From: Camelus ferus
Taxonomy: Eukaryota
Assembly (NCBI RefSeq): GCF_009834535.1
Contig: NC_045707.1
Location: 50,780,001-50,844,000 of the forward strand
Reading direction: 5' to 3'
DNA length: 64,000 nucleotides
Shown: positions 10,591-23,295 of the stretch, one piece after another
Position numbering within the stretch: the stretch's first letter is position 1
Layout of the letters: each line of letters starts with the position of its first letter
Program-made: the position numbers and the translations under genes
The notes under the pieces: generated by a model
What the model was told of the DNA's origin: nothing
The model's input: the letters and a program-made list of their open reading frames with translations, nothing else
Databases searched by the model: none

Positions 10591-13500
10591 GCATTAAACA
10601 AATGGTAAGCTTATCAATAGTGATAACTCCTTTCTTAAGAAAATGGCTTCAATTGCAGGGTCTCCATGGTCGGAATGAAAGGTCAAGCTGAAGCAATTTA
10701 TCCAAATGCCTCAGGCTTCAAATGCATTTTCGTACCGAATAATTTAAGTGTTTTCATTCCCTTCCTGAACAAAAAACTGAAAAAGAGCTAAATGTGTATA
10801 ATTACACCTGCAAGATAGTTTACCTAGAAAGTTCTATCATGTGCCTAAGGTCATAGAGCTAATCCATGGTGGAGCTGGTGTAGGACTCAGGTGGTCTGGA
10901 ACGAGAGCCTGCCTTCCTAAATTCTATGCTCTACCTGCAACTGGCGGGGGACAGAGCGTGAGTCCTCGCGAATTGGTGAGTGATCTCCTTTTTCCTATCT
11001 GAAAGGATGAGTCATTTTCTTCATCAACAGAAATATAGCCACTTGTCAAGGAAGAAAGGAAAGAGTGTGACTTTTGTGTCAAAAGCACACAGGTTTTACC
11101 TCTGGCTCTTAACTCTAGCTGGCCCAGGGATCTTTGGCAGGTTATTTAACTTTGTTTAACCTCCCCTTAAGCTAAATTTCCTCTTCTGTAAATGGAATAA
11201 TAGTACCTCGCAGCTTTCCTCTCGCCACCTCCCTCTTTTGTTTCCTCCCTCTCTTGCCTTTTTAAGTAGAAATACTTTGTTGTATGCCTGCTTTGTGATT
11301 GTCACTCAAGGAATCGTACTATTATAAGAAAGTACTTTTCAGACTTAACACGTTTCCCTGCTATACTATTAAGCTTATGTTTGTTCAAGTGTTTGACTCA
11401 TTGGCCTCATGTAGACTCTCAAAGGAGCTTGAGCTTTGGAGTTAGAATGAGGCTTAAGTCCTGACTCTATTATTCACCTGTGGACCATGTGCATGTTACT
11501 TTCTTTCTCTGGGCCTCAATGGGGTAATAAGGGTAAGAGTATATAGTCAGAAGAATACAAAGATTAGATGAGATAATATATTTGAATTGGCTCACCCAAT
11601 TAGTGGTATCTCTGATCTTTGGGGACTGGATTAACAAAGAGTTCGGTATGGATCAGACTGTCTACTCTATGTCCCTTTGCTCCGTTTGTGTGATGGCCTT
11701 AATAATTTAAACCTGTTGTTATTGAAAAGCGAGAGATATTATGAGTGATTATGGGACATGGGATTGTGTAACTGTGAACTGAGATGAGTGAGGGTCTGGA
11801 TCACCGTCAGCATCCCCCTTTGTAACCAAGGATGCTGACACATCTTGGCTGTCTCACTGGTTGTTGTGTGAGACACGGAGATAATTAAAAGAGCAGTGCT
11901 CCTCAGACTGTTCTGTTCCATTCAGAGGCCTGGGGTCCTACTATTATTGTAAGTCTTGAGTGATGAAAAATTCAAACTGCCTAGTAAACACTTGAAAACT
12001 GAGTTTATTAAGTGTCTTCCAAGAGGACCCTCACACTACTTTATATAGTATGTATTAATAGCTTTGGAGATGCATAGATCTGGAGTCATCTCTTCAAACT
12101 GGATGACTTTGAGTCACTTAGTTCTTCTAATGTTCTGATTTTCTCATTTGTAAAATGATGTCTATAATTATGTCTGTAAGTCCTCAGGTGGTTTTGAGGA
12201 TTAAATGAGCCAATACATGAGAAGAGTAGTCCATGCCAGAAAACCTAGGTAAATACTAACTGCTTTCAGCAAATTCATTTTGCTTTCAAAGCTTTTTTTT
12301 TTTTTTCTCTTTTTCTTTTCTGCATGTGATGAATTTAATAAGGGTATAGGATCAACCGTTTAGAAATGTTTGCATTATGAATTCAGGTTTTATTTTCCAG
12401 TGGACGACTGTGTTAGGGGTTTGAGGGCTTGACTGTCCAGGTTAATCTTCAAGTAAGTTTTGTATCAATCAAGGCAGACGCAAGTTACTTTTATCAGTCC
12501 TTTACTTCAGGTAAACAAGCATTCCATTCTTGGACAGAACATTAAACTGTTATGTTCCTTTTGATGGAGTGCTGACTTGTTCAAAGTGCTTGTGAAAGAC
12601 AGAAAACAGCTCCTGTTTTCTGACATTGTGTAATCTAAAGGCTGTTTCTAGAGGTTTCCTGACTGGATCTGTGACTATCGCTACCTCTACAATTATCAAC
12701 CCAGACATGTGTGAAGTAACTTTGGGCTCAGTTCAGAGTAGGCTCTAACATGAAAACTGGAACCAAGACCATGAGACCAAGAAGCAAAATCTCTTTTAAA
12801 TGTTGGGGGAAAAAAAAGGTCTAAGTTCTTTCTTTTAAGGTCCATTGGAGAATGGGACAGAATCACTGATATGTGTTATCTTTATCAGCTGCTTGAGAGG
12901 AGAGCTGGATGACAGAGGGACTTAAGTTTTGCATCTTTCTCTGGAAATGTGTGTTCTGGCACCTGAGGGGGCAGTGCAGGAGAGTCAGAACAAGAACTTG
13001 CTGACCTCATAGGAGATCCACTTCCTAAATTCAGCTGTGTGGTGTTGGCATGGGGTTAGTCCCTCCAAGGGCATACGTTTCATTATCCAACAAAACAAAT
13101 GGTGAATTCTGTAATTTGAAAGATTCTCTCTAATGCGCACAATCTAGATTATGAACAGAAGTATGACCATGTAACCACCCTGGTTAAAATGCTCCACTAA
13201 CTTTGCATTACCTGCCAGATAAACTCCAAACCCTCAACACACTGTACAAGGTTCTCTGTGATTTAGCTATTGCTTATCTCCCTCGCTCCCTGAGTGGTAA
13301 ACTTCACCTATCGACACACAGTGGGACAGTGGCATACTCCACACTGTACTTGGTCTTGAAGGCCCTGACGTCCCCTCTTCTTCCTCTAGTTGGTCTAGCT
13401 GAGATGGTTTCTCCTCTCAGAAGCCCTCCCTGAAGTCTCTCTGCCCTTCTTCCCTGTCTCCACTACCCCTGTGTTTGGTGATCTTACCCTGTGCTTCTCT

Positions 13501-16500
13501 AGCATTAAAAAAAAAAAAAAAATCATATATTGAAAACATTAATGAAATCATCTCCTTACTTACCTATCTATCTGGCGAAGTTGCCTCATGCTAGTATCGC
13601 CAGCTAGTGGCAAAGCACCAAAATCTTAGTTAAGATTTCTGGAAACTATGAGTTAATGAATCACATCAGATGTATGTTTGACTGAATCGTTGACTATTAG
13701 CATTCTACGCACGGATCTGAGTATTTATCAATTTTACCTTCAGTTGACACACGGTTGGCACCAAGAAGGATGATTTGGAAGGCAGGCGGAATTTAAAACA
13801 CTATTATGCATTGATGTCAATAGGAAATACATATAAGGGTACATGCAACACTGCCCCCCCTGACACAAAAATACATTGCTCAAACAGAATTCTGTTTGGA
13901 AAGAGAAATGGGCCACTTAGGGTTGTAGAAGAGAGTGGAGACCATGGATTAAAAACAGAGGAGATTGGGACAAGTTGCTTACCATCTTTAAGGAGATAAG
14001 GTGCCAGATGGTGCTAGCTAATTCAAGTTTATTAGAGGGTTTAAGAGCCAGAAGGATTTTAGTACATGATACTGATGATGGTGATGATGATGATGAAGAA
14101 AATGCTGATTCTGATCTCATTCCATGTGTCAGGTCCTGAGCTAAGTATGGTACATGCTTTGATCCCCTCTTTTGATTCTCTGCATCTGTGAGGGTGGCCA
14201 TGTGATTCTTCCATTTACAGAAGAGGAATGTGGGCTCAAGGAAGTTGAGCACATGCTGCTCAGCATCTTACAACTAGTTAGTCTTACACCCGTTCTGTTT
14301 GCTTGATATTAGTATTGACAACATCTCATTTTTCTGTCTAGATGTTTTTCTTGATACATAATAACTAGTAAGACTGTTATAAATATAGTAAGTGGATTCT
14401 TTCTCCCAGCTCACCCACGTTCAAGAAGCTTTCTTTCGTATTTTCTTTCCACAGTTTGTGCTGGGTAATGGTTAACCAGCACAATAGACAAGAATAGGAT
14501 GTTGTGTAGTTTGAGATACTGGTGTGTATCATCTCTATCAAGAAAGTGATGAAAGAAATGGACAGTATGGGAATTTTAGATGGCTCATTTGGAATGATCC
14601 TTAGATTGAAGACATGTGGTTAAGGAATTTAGCAAAAACGATGTTTCAGTACTCAAGATCAAAGATGTACTTAAATATAGAGGAAGAAAGTTGGTGATGA
14701 ATTTAACAAGAGATGATGTTTTCCAATTTATCGTGATTAGAAGCCACCATCTTAGTGACTCAAGGTTGTAATATGACTTCCTTACAATACAGTGCTCTAA
14801 AGTAACATTTTATAGATCTTGTGTACTTTAAAAAATTCACAGAACTATTTTAATGCCAAATTTGCAAAATTCTGAAGTTTTTTAAGTTATGCAACCTGAT
14901 AGCATGGCCTATTTTACTTTTTTTTTTTTTTTTTTTTAAATCAGGCAAGCTGCTTGGTTTGGGTGTAGAACTGAAAGGTTGACATTTCTAGAGCTCATAC
15001 AACTTTTCAAGTTTTAAATAATCATTACATTACAAAGAGTCAAATCTACCTCCTGTCTCAATTTATAAACAAGCACTCCAAAGTACCATACAGGAGAAAA
15101 GGCGATAACATACAAAAATGTGCAAAATGGCTTGTGCAGATTTGGCACTTGAATCACACGGCAGCTGAAGCACATCTTTTAAACTTCATTTAACTGGATA
15201 CATGGCCCTGTCTTCATTTCCTGAGGAAGGAGGTCCCCATCATCTCCCGTGTAGCAAGAGAATCTCTTTGCTCTCCAAGTGGTCTCCCTGTTTACATTTG
15301 TTGCTCTGTCCTCTTGATTCCTCAGCAAAGCAGCTGCTTTGGAAAGAGCCCAGTGGACAATCATTCAATGGATGCTCACTCACCTTCTTTCTTGACCCAA
15401 GGAGAAAGTTTTTCTTTTTCTTTTTTTCTCTCCTAGAATTATTTGGATTAAGGACTTGAGGGTTTAAAGTAAATTTTCTATATTCTCTTGTGTTTTCAAG
15501 CCAGGATGCTTAGTTGATGATCTTCCCAAGTGGTCTTTTAAGAATAACTTCAGATCACAAAATAGTTCACATTTACTTTGAAGATTGTTCACTCAGAACC
15601 TTTATAAAAATAGTCATGATAAAAAGTGTGATGCCTCTCCTCACCTCCTGACACATGTACAAAATCTTTTTTATTTCTGTTGTACATGTTCCTTTCTCTG
15701 TTGAATCTGGAGCCTCTTCCCACAGAGTGATGCTATGGAGAAAGCTAAGCGCAACTCCATGGTTATCATGGTGAAAAATCGGAATAAAACCGCTTGCTAC
15801 TCAGTCATGCTTATTAGCATGAAAATGCAATAATGAAGCCTATATTGGGGAGGGAGTGTTATTTGAGTCGCTTGTCACGAGTAGTCTGCCATGCAACTTC
15901 TGTTTCTTGCAAACAAGTCTGGTGAGAGGGAAGCAGCAATACTGTGCCTGTGTTACTCTGAAGAAAAGGTAGCTGATTTTACTCCTTAGTCAAACTAGGA
16001 ATAGGTCTGGACAACATTTAAAAAAAATAATAATTCAGTTCTGTGAGTTTTTTTTTTCTTTTTCTTTCTTTTTTTTTTTTTTTGCCTGCTTTGGTGGGGA
16101 TGACAGATAGGAGTCAACCAGGGCTTTGGGAAGAGATAAGATTAGCATTTAAAAGCTTAACCTATGTTATCACTTCTGAGTGTGACTGCTCCCAAGTGCA
16201 ATCATATTCCCTGCATGCGTTTCCAGTGCCGAATCACCATGAATAATTTTTTAATGAATCACTGGCTGCTTTAGAAATTTTGATGGATTGCAGCTCATTG
16301 GGGAGACAAGGAGAAATTTATAGTTGCATATTATACTGAATTCTAAATGAAGCACAGAATTGTAGGCCTCTTAGAGATTTAAAACTTACTGAAAGTATCT
16401 GAATTCCAGGACTGTGGTTTTTTTGTTTAGTTTTTGTTTGTTTGTTTGATTTTAATATGCCCCTGTTGGGTCAATAAAGAAGAGCAACTGCACATTATAC

Positions 16501-17339
16501 CTCATCTAATTCCTTTAGAAAGGGAGTCTGGGGATTTTACAGGCAGGTCAGCACTTTGGGTTATTATCACTTAGCCACATCTGCGAGGAAAGACATTTTC
16601 CACTGGTTGTTCATTAAAAATAGTTTATTTAGCATTTACTACAAGCAGAGCACTGTGCTAGAGGCTAGGGATACAGTAGTGAGCAAAACAGTTACATTGT
16701 CCCTGCTCTTCACAGGGTTTACAGTCTATCCCTCGTTTTATATCTTAAGTTTCCATTTTCAGGGAGCTAGAGAAGTATATAAAGGTGCAAAGAAAATGTT
16801 GCAAAGTTGAAACCAAGAAGCATCTCGCTAATATCACATTTTGCAGAATTAAGACAATGTCGCAACATTTCTCACCCTTGTCTTCATTAGAATTTAGAAG
16901 TTATTGGACCAAAGAGGAGGAAGGCTGATAATGGTTTATGCCCAATGGTTGAGCAAACTCTTCTGTTTATCCTTCATTCATTCATTTAAAAAATATTTAT
17001 GAGAGGCTTTTCTGTGCTCAGCACTGCTCTACTCATTCTGGACAAAACAGTGAGGGATGGGAAGTACCTGCCTTATGGTTCTCAAACTCAAGTGCAGGAG
17101 AATAAGCAAAACTGGTGGGTAATTCTAGTGTGTGAATATGGATACCATCTGCTAAGGATTTAATCATACACTCTTGTGATTTCATCTGTGCTTCGTTTCA
17201 TATAATAAACCAGAGTGTATTTTCTATTCAGATGATTGAGAGATTGCGATTACCATGGTCTGTACTACAGAAAAGAGAATTTGATGGTAGGAGCATTTCT
17301 GTGGGTACTTTTAGTAGCAGTTAGCAATGCACACAGTCC

Positions 17340-18200
17340 ACAGGTGTGAAGGAGCACCTACCATGAATGAGGTGCAGTTCAAGGTGCTAGAGGTAATATG
17401 ATGAACAAGAATAATATAATCCTTGTCCTCACCCCATTTACTCTCTTGTCAGAAGAAACCAGGTAAAAGAGTAAACTAATTGGTTGATCAAGACAGTTTT
17501 TCATAATGGCTGATGAAAAGTGCTTCTGGGGAAATAAAACTGTGATCCAAGAGTGCTGGAGCTACTGAAGAGAGATTACCTGGGACAGTTTCTTTGAGAA
17601 GGTGGTGTTTGAACTGAATTCTGAATGATGAGGACTTGCCTTTTTCAGAGCCCAAAAAGGAGAAAGCTTGCAGCATAAGTGAAAGGGGCTAAAGGCAGGA
17701 ATACGTTCTAGGCGTTTCAGGAATAGAAAGGAGGCTGGTGTGGCTGGAGTATGGTGGGGAGAGAGAGTGTGTTAAGAATGAGCACGGAGGTCCATGTTGT
17801 AGAGCTTGGTCTGGAGTTTGCATCTTACTGTCAATGTAATAGAAGAGCATTCTGAGCTTTTAAGCAGGTGATGATGTTTTGCATTCCCAGAAGATCACTA
17901 CTGTGAGCAGTAAAGGTGAAAGCAAAGAAGGCTATTCAGAGGGTTCTTGCAGTCTTCCAGGCAGGAGTGATGGAGCTCAGCACAAGATGAGATAGAGGGA
18001 AGTGAATGTTTCAAGATTTATTTTGCTGGTAGAACTAACAGGACTTGACAGAGTGGATGGATATGGAAATAGGGAATTGGGAAGAATCAATGCTGGTGCC
18101 CAGAGCTGTGGATAGAACTCCCAGGCTTCAGGTTTGGAAATGACATTACTGGGGATGCTTGTTGTAGGTGTGCTTGAGAAGACAGCAGTGATGATAACTC
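17340..18200. mobile_element. L2 LINE fragment (degenerate)
   Basis: Purine-rich L2-like phrases (aggctggtgtggctggagt, gcttttaagcagg, agtcttccaggcaggagtgatgg, ggtagaactaacaggacttg). Confidence 0.6.
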
Positions 18201-18254
18201 TACTGGACAATGGTGAGCTGGTTGTCAGGTATGATACCAACTGCATATATAATT

Positions 18255-18425
18255 TTGTTTAGTCCTCAACAAGCCCTGTGAAGTAAATTCTGTTACTATG
18301 CCCAAGTTATAGAGGTGAGGAAACTAAAGCACAGAAAGATGAAATAACTTTCCAAAGGCCATAAAGCTAGTCAGTGGCAGAGTAGAGATTAAAACTAGGA
18401 CAGCCTGATGCTAGAATCACTGCTT
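18255..18425 (-). mobile_element. MIR SINE
   Basis: agaggtgaggaaactaaagcacagaaagatgaaataactttccaaaggccataaagctagtcagtggcagag, the reverse-orientation MIR core. Confidence 0.7.
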
Positions 18426-18803
18426 CTCAGCTCCCTCCTCAACCCCCTATACTGTTCTCTGTGCATGAGTAAACACTGTTTTCTCAAGCTGTCTTAGATT
18501 TATTACTGAAGCTAAAGTCAGCTTTTGAAACTCTGCTATTCAGGTTAACATTCACCCATTGCCCAAACAACTAAGCCTCCTTTTTGCACCAGGTAGAGTT
18601 GAGTCTGCCTGCCTTGGGAGAGCTGATACTGAATCCAAGCCCAGGGGTCAGTTTCACAATCTTTTTTTTATCACTTTGCTGTGCTGATCTTTAATCTATA
18701 GGAGAGGCAGAACATAAATGGGATTGTGATATCTGCTGTTGGTATAGCTCTTAATATTAAAGCCAACATTAAAAAGTTACTACTAATGATGAAATGATAA
18801 CTC

Positions 18804-19279
18804 CAGGCATACCTCATTTTATTGAGCTTCACTTTATTGTGCTTCCCAGATACTGCTTTTTTTTTTTTTAAAACAAATTGAAGGTTTGTGGCAACCCTGC
18901 CTCGAGCAAGTCTATCGGCGTCTTCTTTCCAATAGCATTTTCTTACTTCGAGTCCCTGTGTCACAAATTTCCACAATGCTTCATATTTTCTCACTATTAC
19001 TTGTTATGGTGGTCTGTGATCATTGATCTTTGATGTGATTGCTACAACTTGTTGAAGGCTCGGATGACAGTCAACATTTTTTAGCAATATTTTCTGATTA
19101 AGGTATGTACATTGTTTTAGAATAATGCTATTGCACACTTAATAGATTATGGTATAGTGTAAACATAACTTTTATATGCATTGGGAAACCAAAAAATTAG
19201 TGTGAATTGTTTGTTTTATTGCAGTATTCACTTTGAGGTGGTCTAGAACTGAACCTGCCATGTCTCTGAGGTATGCTGG
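18804..19279 (+). mobile_element. Internally deleted Tigger1-type DNA transposon (TcMar-Tigger)
   Basis: Left end CAGGCATACCTCATTTTATTG and right end ...GAGGTATGCTGG form terminal inverted repeats. The internal sequence (acaaattgaaggtttgtggcaaccctgc; taatgctattgcacacttaatag) matches Tigger1 ends. No transposase ORF. Confidence 0.85.
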
Positions 19280-19314
19280 TATAGTGTTAACAGTCATACC
19301 ATAATCTAGTATGT

Positions 19315-19890
19315 GCCACTATTTACAGTAGCCAAGACATGAAAACAACTTAAATGCCCATCAACAGATGACTGGATAAAGAAGCTGTGGTATATTTATA
19401 CAATGGAATACTACTTAGCCATAAAAAAGAATAAAATAATGCCATTTTCAGCAACATGGATGGACCTGGAGATTGTCATTCCAAGTTAAGTAAGCTAGAA
19501 AGAGAAAGAAAAATACCATATGATATCACTTATATGTGGAATCTTAAAAAAAAAAACAAAAAGACAAATGAACTTATTTACAAAACAGAAATAGACTCAC
19601 AGACATAGAAAACAAACTTACAGTTACCAGAGGGGAAGAGGGTGGGAAGGGATAAACTGAGAGTTCAAGATTTGCAGATACTAACTACTATACATAAAAT
19701 AGGCAAAGAAGTTTCTACTGTATAGCACAGGGAACTGTATTCAATATCTTATAGTAACCTATAATGGAAAAGAATATGAAAATTAATATATATGTGTGTT
19801 TGTATGACTGAAATATTATGCTGTACACCAGAAATTGTCACAACATTGTAAACTGGCTCACGCTCTCTCTCTCTCTCTCTATATATAAAA
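19315..19890 (+). mobile_element. 5'-truncated L1 (end of ORF2 plus 3' UTR), sense to KITLG
   Basis: Classic L1 ORF2 C-terminal DNA (atttacagtagccaagacatg...aatggaatactac...gcaacatggatggacctggag) followed by a cetartiodactyl-type 3' UTR (tatagcacagggaactgtattcaatatcttatagtaacctataatggaaaagaat). Confidence 0.9.
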
Positions 19891-20160
19891 TAATCATGTA
19901 GTATGTGACATGTCCTCTTATGGGTGCTTTATAGAACATTGTTTTATTTATTAACATTTCTTTGGATTTTTGAAAAGATTATCACCATGGGAAAACTGAG
20001 GCTCAGAGAGGTTCCATAATTTGTTCAAGGTTATAGCATGTAAGGGACAGAATCAGGATTTGAATCCACATCTTACTTTGCTAATGTTCTTATTTTATAA
20101 GCATTATCACATCTCTTTCATAAACAGTGAACCTGCAATTGAAGTGTATTGTTACCAGAA

Positions 20161-20181
20161 GAACAAGTCCTGGGCATGTCA
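20161..20181. promoter_or_regulatory. p53-family response element, copy 1
   Basis: GAACAAGTCC (10/10 match to RRRCWWGYYY), 1-bp spacer, GGGCATGTCA (9/10). Confidence 0.75.
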
Positions 20182-20225
20182 AAGGTAGATGTTTTGCTGG
20201 GCTTCAGGTGGTAGAATTACTAGAG

Positions 20226-20246
20226 GAGCATGTTTTGGGCATGTCA
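20226..20246. promoter_or_regulatory. p53-family response element, copy 2
   Basis: GAGCATGTTT (10/10), 1-bp spacer, GGGCATGTCA (9/10). A degenerate third half-site GTACATGCAT follows at 20250-20259. Confidence 0.75.
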
Positions 20247-20454
20247 AAGGTACATGCATTGCTGGGCTTCAGGTAGTAGAATTGCATTAACATACTTATG
20301 GAATTCCAATCAAAAACTGCCTTTAAAAAATTTTTTTTAATGATCCTTATTTTACAATTTTAATTTTGAAATACTAGTGGAAAATTCCTAAGGAAAGTTT
20401 AGACTAAACTTTATGAGACATAAATGCTTAGTAACTTGGTTTTTTCTCTCCTAG

Positions 20455-20930
20455 TATGGCTTAGGGTTTAGCTGCAGACAACAGAATCCGCTCTGGCCAG
20501 TTTAAACAGAAAGGGATATACTGAAGTGTATTCGATGGCTTATAAAACCACTGGAAGGGTTAGAAGAGCAGGTTAAGATTCAGCACACTCCTGTCACCCA
20601 GAACCCAGTTAAGTCCAAAGCAGTCTGCAAAGCAGCTGCAGCCAGTGCTGTCTAGTCAGTAATGCTGTAGAAGGCAGGGTCTCACTGCCCTCACTTATCA
20701 CCCAGCCAAATGCATGCCTAGCATCCATCCATCTAGCTTTTCTTCTCCAGGACCTTATGCTCATCTTTCAGAGTTGTGCCTGATTGATGAAACCTATGTC
20801 ATATCTGCAACTGTAGCTAACTGCAAAGGAGTCTGAGATGCCCAGATTTTCATTTCGCAGCCACTGCCGTACGGAAGACTGTGCTAGGAGAGTGTGGGAA
20901 CGGGAATTAAGAATCAGTTCACAGTATCCT
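20455..20930. mobile_element. Old MaLR (MLT1-like) LTR remnant
   Basis: Begins ttagggtttagctgcagacaacagaatccgctctggccagtttaaacagaaaggg, resembling old MLT1 subfamilies. Highly degenerate. Confidence 0.45.
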
Positions 20931-22769
20931 CTGCACTCACTACATCTACATTTTCTTTTTTCAAGTTCCTCTAAATCAGAAGTATCTAGTATGTATTCAG
21001 CCCTTGAACCAATTGCAACCTTGTATACCTTTTCAGACTTTCCTGTTTGTTGTCCCTAATGATACAGCACCCTCAAGCTAGTACAGCCTAAAATAGTACA
21101 CCTCAGGCTTCAGACAGGACCTAAGAATCTCGTTAAAAGTGGACATTCCAGAGATGCATCTTCAGAAATTTGGATTCCCGTGATGCCCAGGAATCTGCAT
21201 TCTAAATAACCCTCCCCTCCTGGATGATTATACTTAGATCTAAACCTAAGAAAGCAGTCCCCTCATTTCAGTTGGGCCACATTCCATGAAGGTGCAGGGA
21301 CATTTCAACAGTTTATTCAGTTCAACCAGAGGCACTTGGTGAGTCCAGCACACATTGCGTAATCAGGAAAGCTCATGCCCTGACCTTTGCAAATCTGGCT
21401 TGTCATCTGCTGTGATGGAGAAAATGATCAAGATTGTGAGTGTCCTTTGAGCTCATTCCTTTGACCCCTGGGTTTTGACATTATTTGGAAGTAGTTAGAG
21501 CAGAGGATGAAGACTTAGTTTATTTGCAGTCCGAGGTGGGGAAAAAAACCAAAACTTTGCCATAGATTTCCTGAGCTGCTTCCTCAGATTGAGTCTTCTT
21601 AAAAATTAACAGGGCCTGTGAGACCAAACTTATCAGAATCCCAGGAGCTGATCTGAGAAAGCATCTGAACACATTTAATTACAGCCACAGGTGACAAAAA
21701 CAGGAGAAGTTCTAAGAAATTCAGGCATTCAGTCTGAATTCAGTGCATGGGATCAGATAGCAACTGAAGCCTACATTCATTTTTCCATCTCGGTTGTTCA
21801 GAGGTCAAAAGATTGTACAGATTTTTTTTAATTGCAGAACTTTTGATTTTACATTTGATCACAATTACAGAAGTGAGTCACATAGTTGGAAGAATATAAA
21901 TTATGATTTAGGTTATTGTAGCTGTTTTTGGAAAACTTCAACCATCAGATTACATGTCATGGTGGTTCAATTTTAAGAGCAGCTAGTTGGCATAATAGTG
22001 AACAGTGCCATCCCAAAAGAATCAGTGCCTATGGAGTGCTGGATTTGGGTTTGTGGGTTTTGGAACTGTCTTTTTTTCTTTTCTTTTCTTTTGGCGGGGG
22101 GAGGTGCTATTTCCTATACTTTGGCCAATGTTGAGGGCTTGATGCTTTTAGCCTTTTTTTTTTTTTTTTTTTAAGTAAACCCATAGCAAAAAGAATTGGC
22201 AAAGGATATGTAAATCTGGGTTCAACATTGAATTAGCACCTGCCAGGTGTTTTCTAGACCAGTTTGGTTAGTTACCTATTATATTCTTCATAATATTGAT
22301 TAGAATTAGTCATCAACTAGCATCTCTGTAAAATCTAGTGGATTACACTGTTTAGGGGGATCCTCTCCCCCTGCTTTTAGATAACTACTGAAGACCTATA
22401 TTTAGGAGTAGCTAATGACCTATATATCACTATTGTTTGTAATGAAATAATCTATACTGCAGGCACAAATTCTTGTTCTGTCACATATGTCTCTACTAAA
22501 AATAATAATAGCAAATCTTGCACACCTAGACCCTAGATTTGAGCCTAACACAGAAGTTCTTTGTAGTTATTTTCACATGGGGCAGTCGCCCACATCCCCA
22601 TTCTACTTCCACATCCTCTTGACCTCGTCTGTTTCTCTCCATTCTCGCTGCCATTTGCTAGTTGAGGTCCTCTCATGTGGCCTCTGAATGACTTCTTTGA
22701 CCTCCTGACTGACCTCCTGTGCCCATGCTTGTTGCCCCCTCCACCCCCATCTATCCTTCATTCCAATGC

Positions 22770-23295
22770 CTGATAAAACATTCAAAAATAAGTCGCATCT
22801 TGACACTCCTCTGCTTAAAGTCCTTCAGGAGCAGCCCAGTGCCTTTAAGATAAAATCCAACTCAACTAGCAAAATTGGGCGAACCTCTGCCTGTCTCTGT
22901 AGCCTCATCTATCGTTGATGACTCATTTTTTTCATTCACGTCATAAACAAGATCTCTGAAAATGCCTCGCTCCCTCACTCCTGTGGGCACCTACTCTTTA
23001 CTTTGTCTGTTGGGGGTCTTTGCCCCAGTTCCCCTTGACCTGGCTACCCTCCACTCCCCTTTGAAAAAGATGTCATCTCCTCCCAGAAGCTATCTCTGAG
23101 CCCCTTCTCTACTCTCCCTCCCCAATCTCCAAAGTCAGGTTTCACTGTCCCTCTGGGCCCTTCCTCTCCTGGACACTCCATCACCTGCTGTCTTCACCAA
23201 GAGCTTGGCTTTCCTGAGGCCATGACTGTATCTTTGTATCTTTTCCTTCTGTACTTTATCACGTACTCCTCACAGGTCTATTGCATGAATAAGTA
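22770..23295. mobile_element. L2 3' fragment (degenerate)
   Basis: actcctctgcttaaagtccttcag...gataaaatccaactc, and a terminal tgcatgaataagt. Confidence 0.5.

Larger units (their letters stand above)
20156..20285. repeat. Two-copy tandem duplication with a 65-bp period
   Basis: 20156-20220 aligns without gaps to 20221-20285, with 11 mismatches by manual count. Confidence 0.9.

Noticed and set aside
20156..20285. CRISPR-like or minisatellite array
   Set aside because: Only two adjacent units, no spacers, and a mammalian context. It is a simple tandem duplication.
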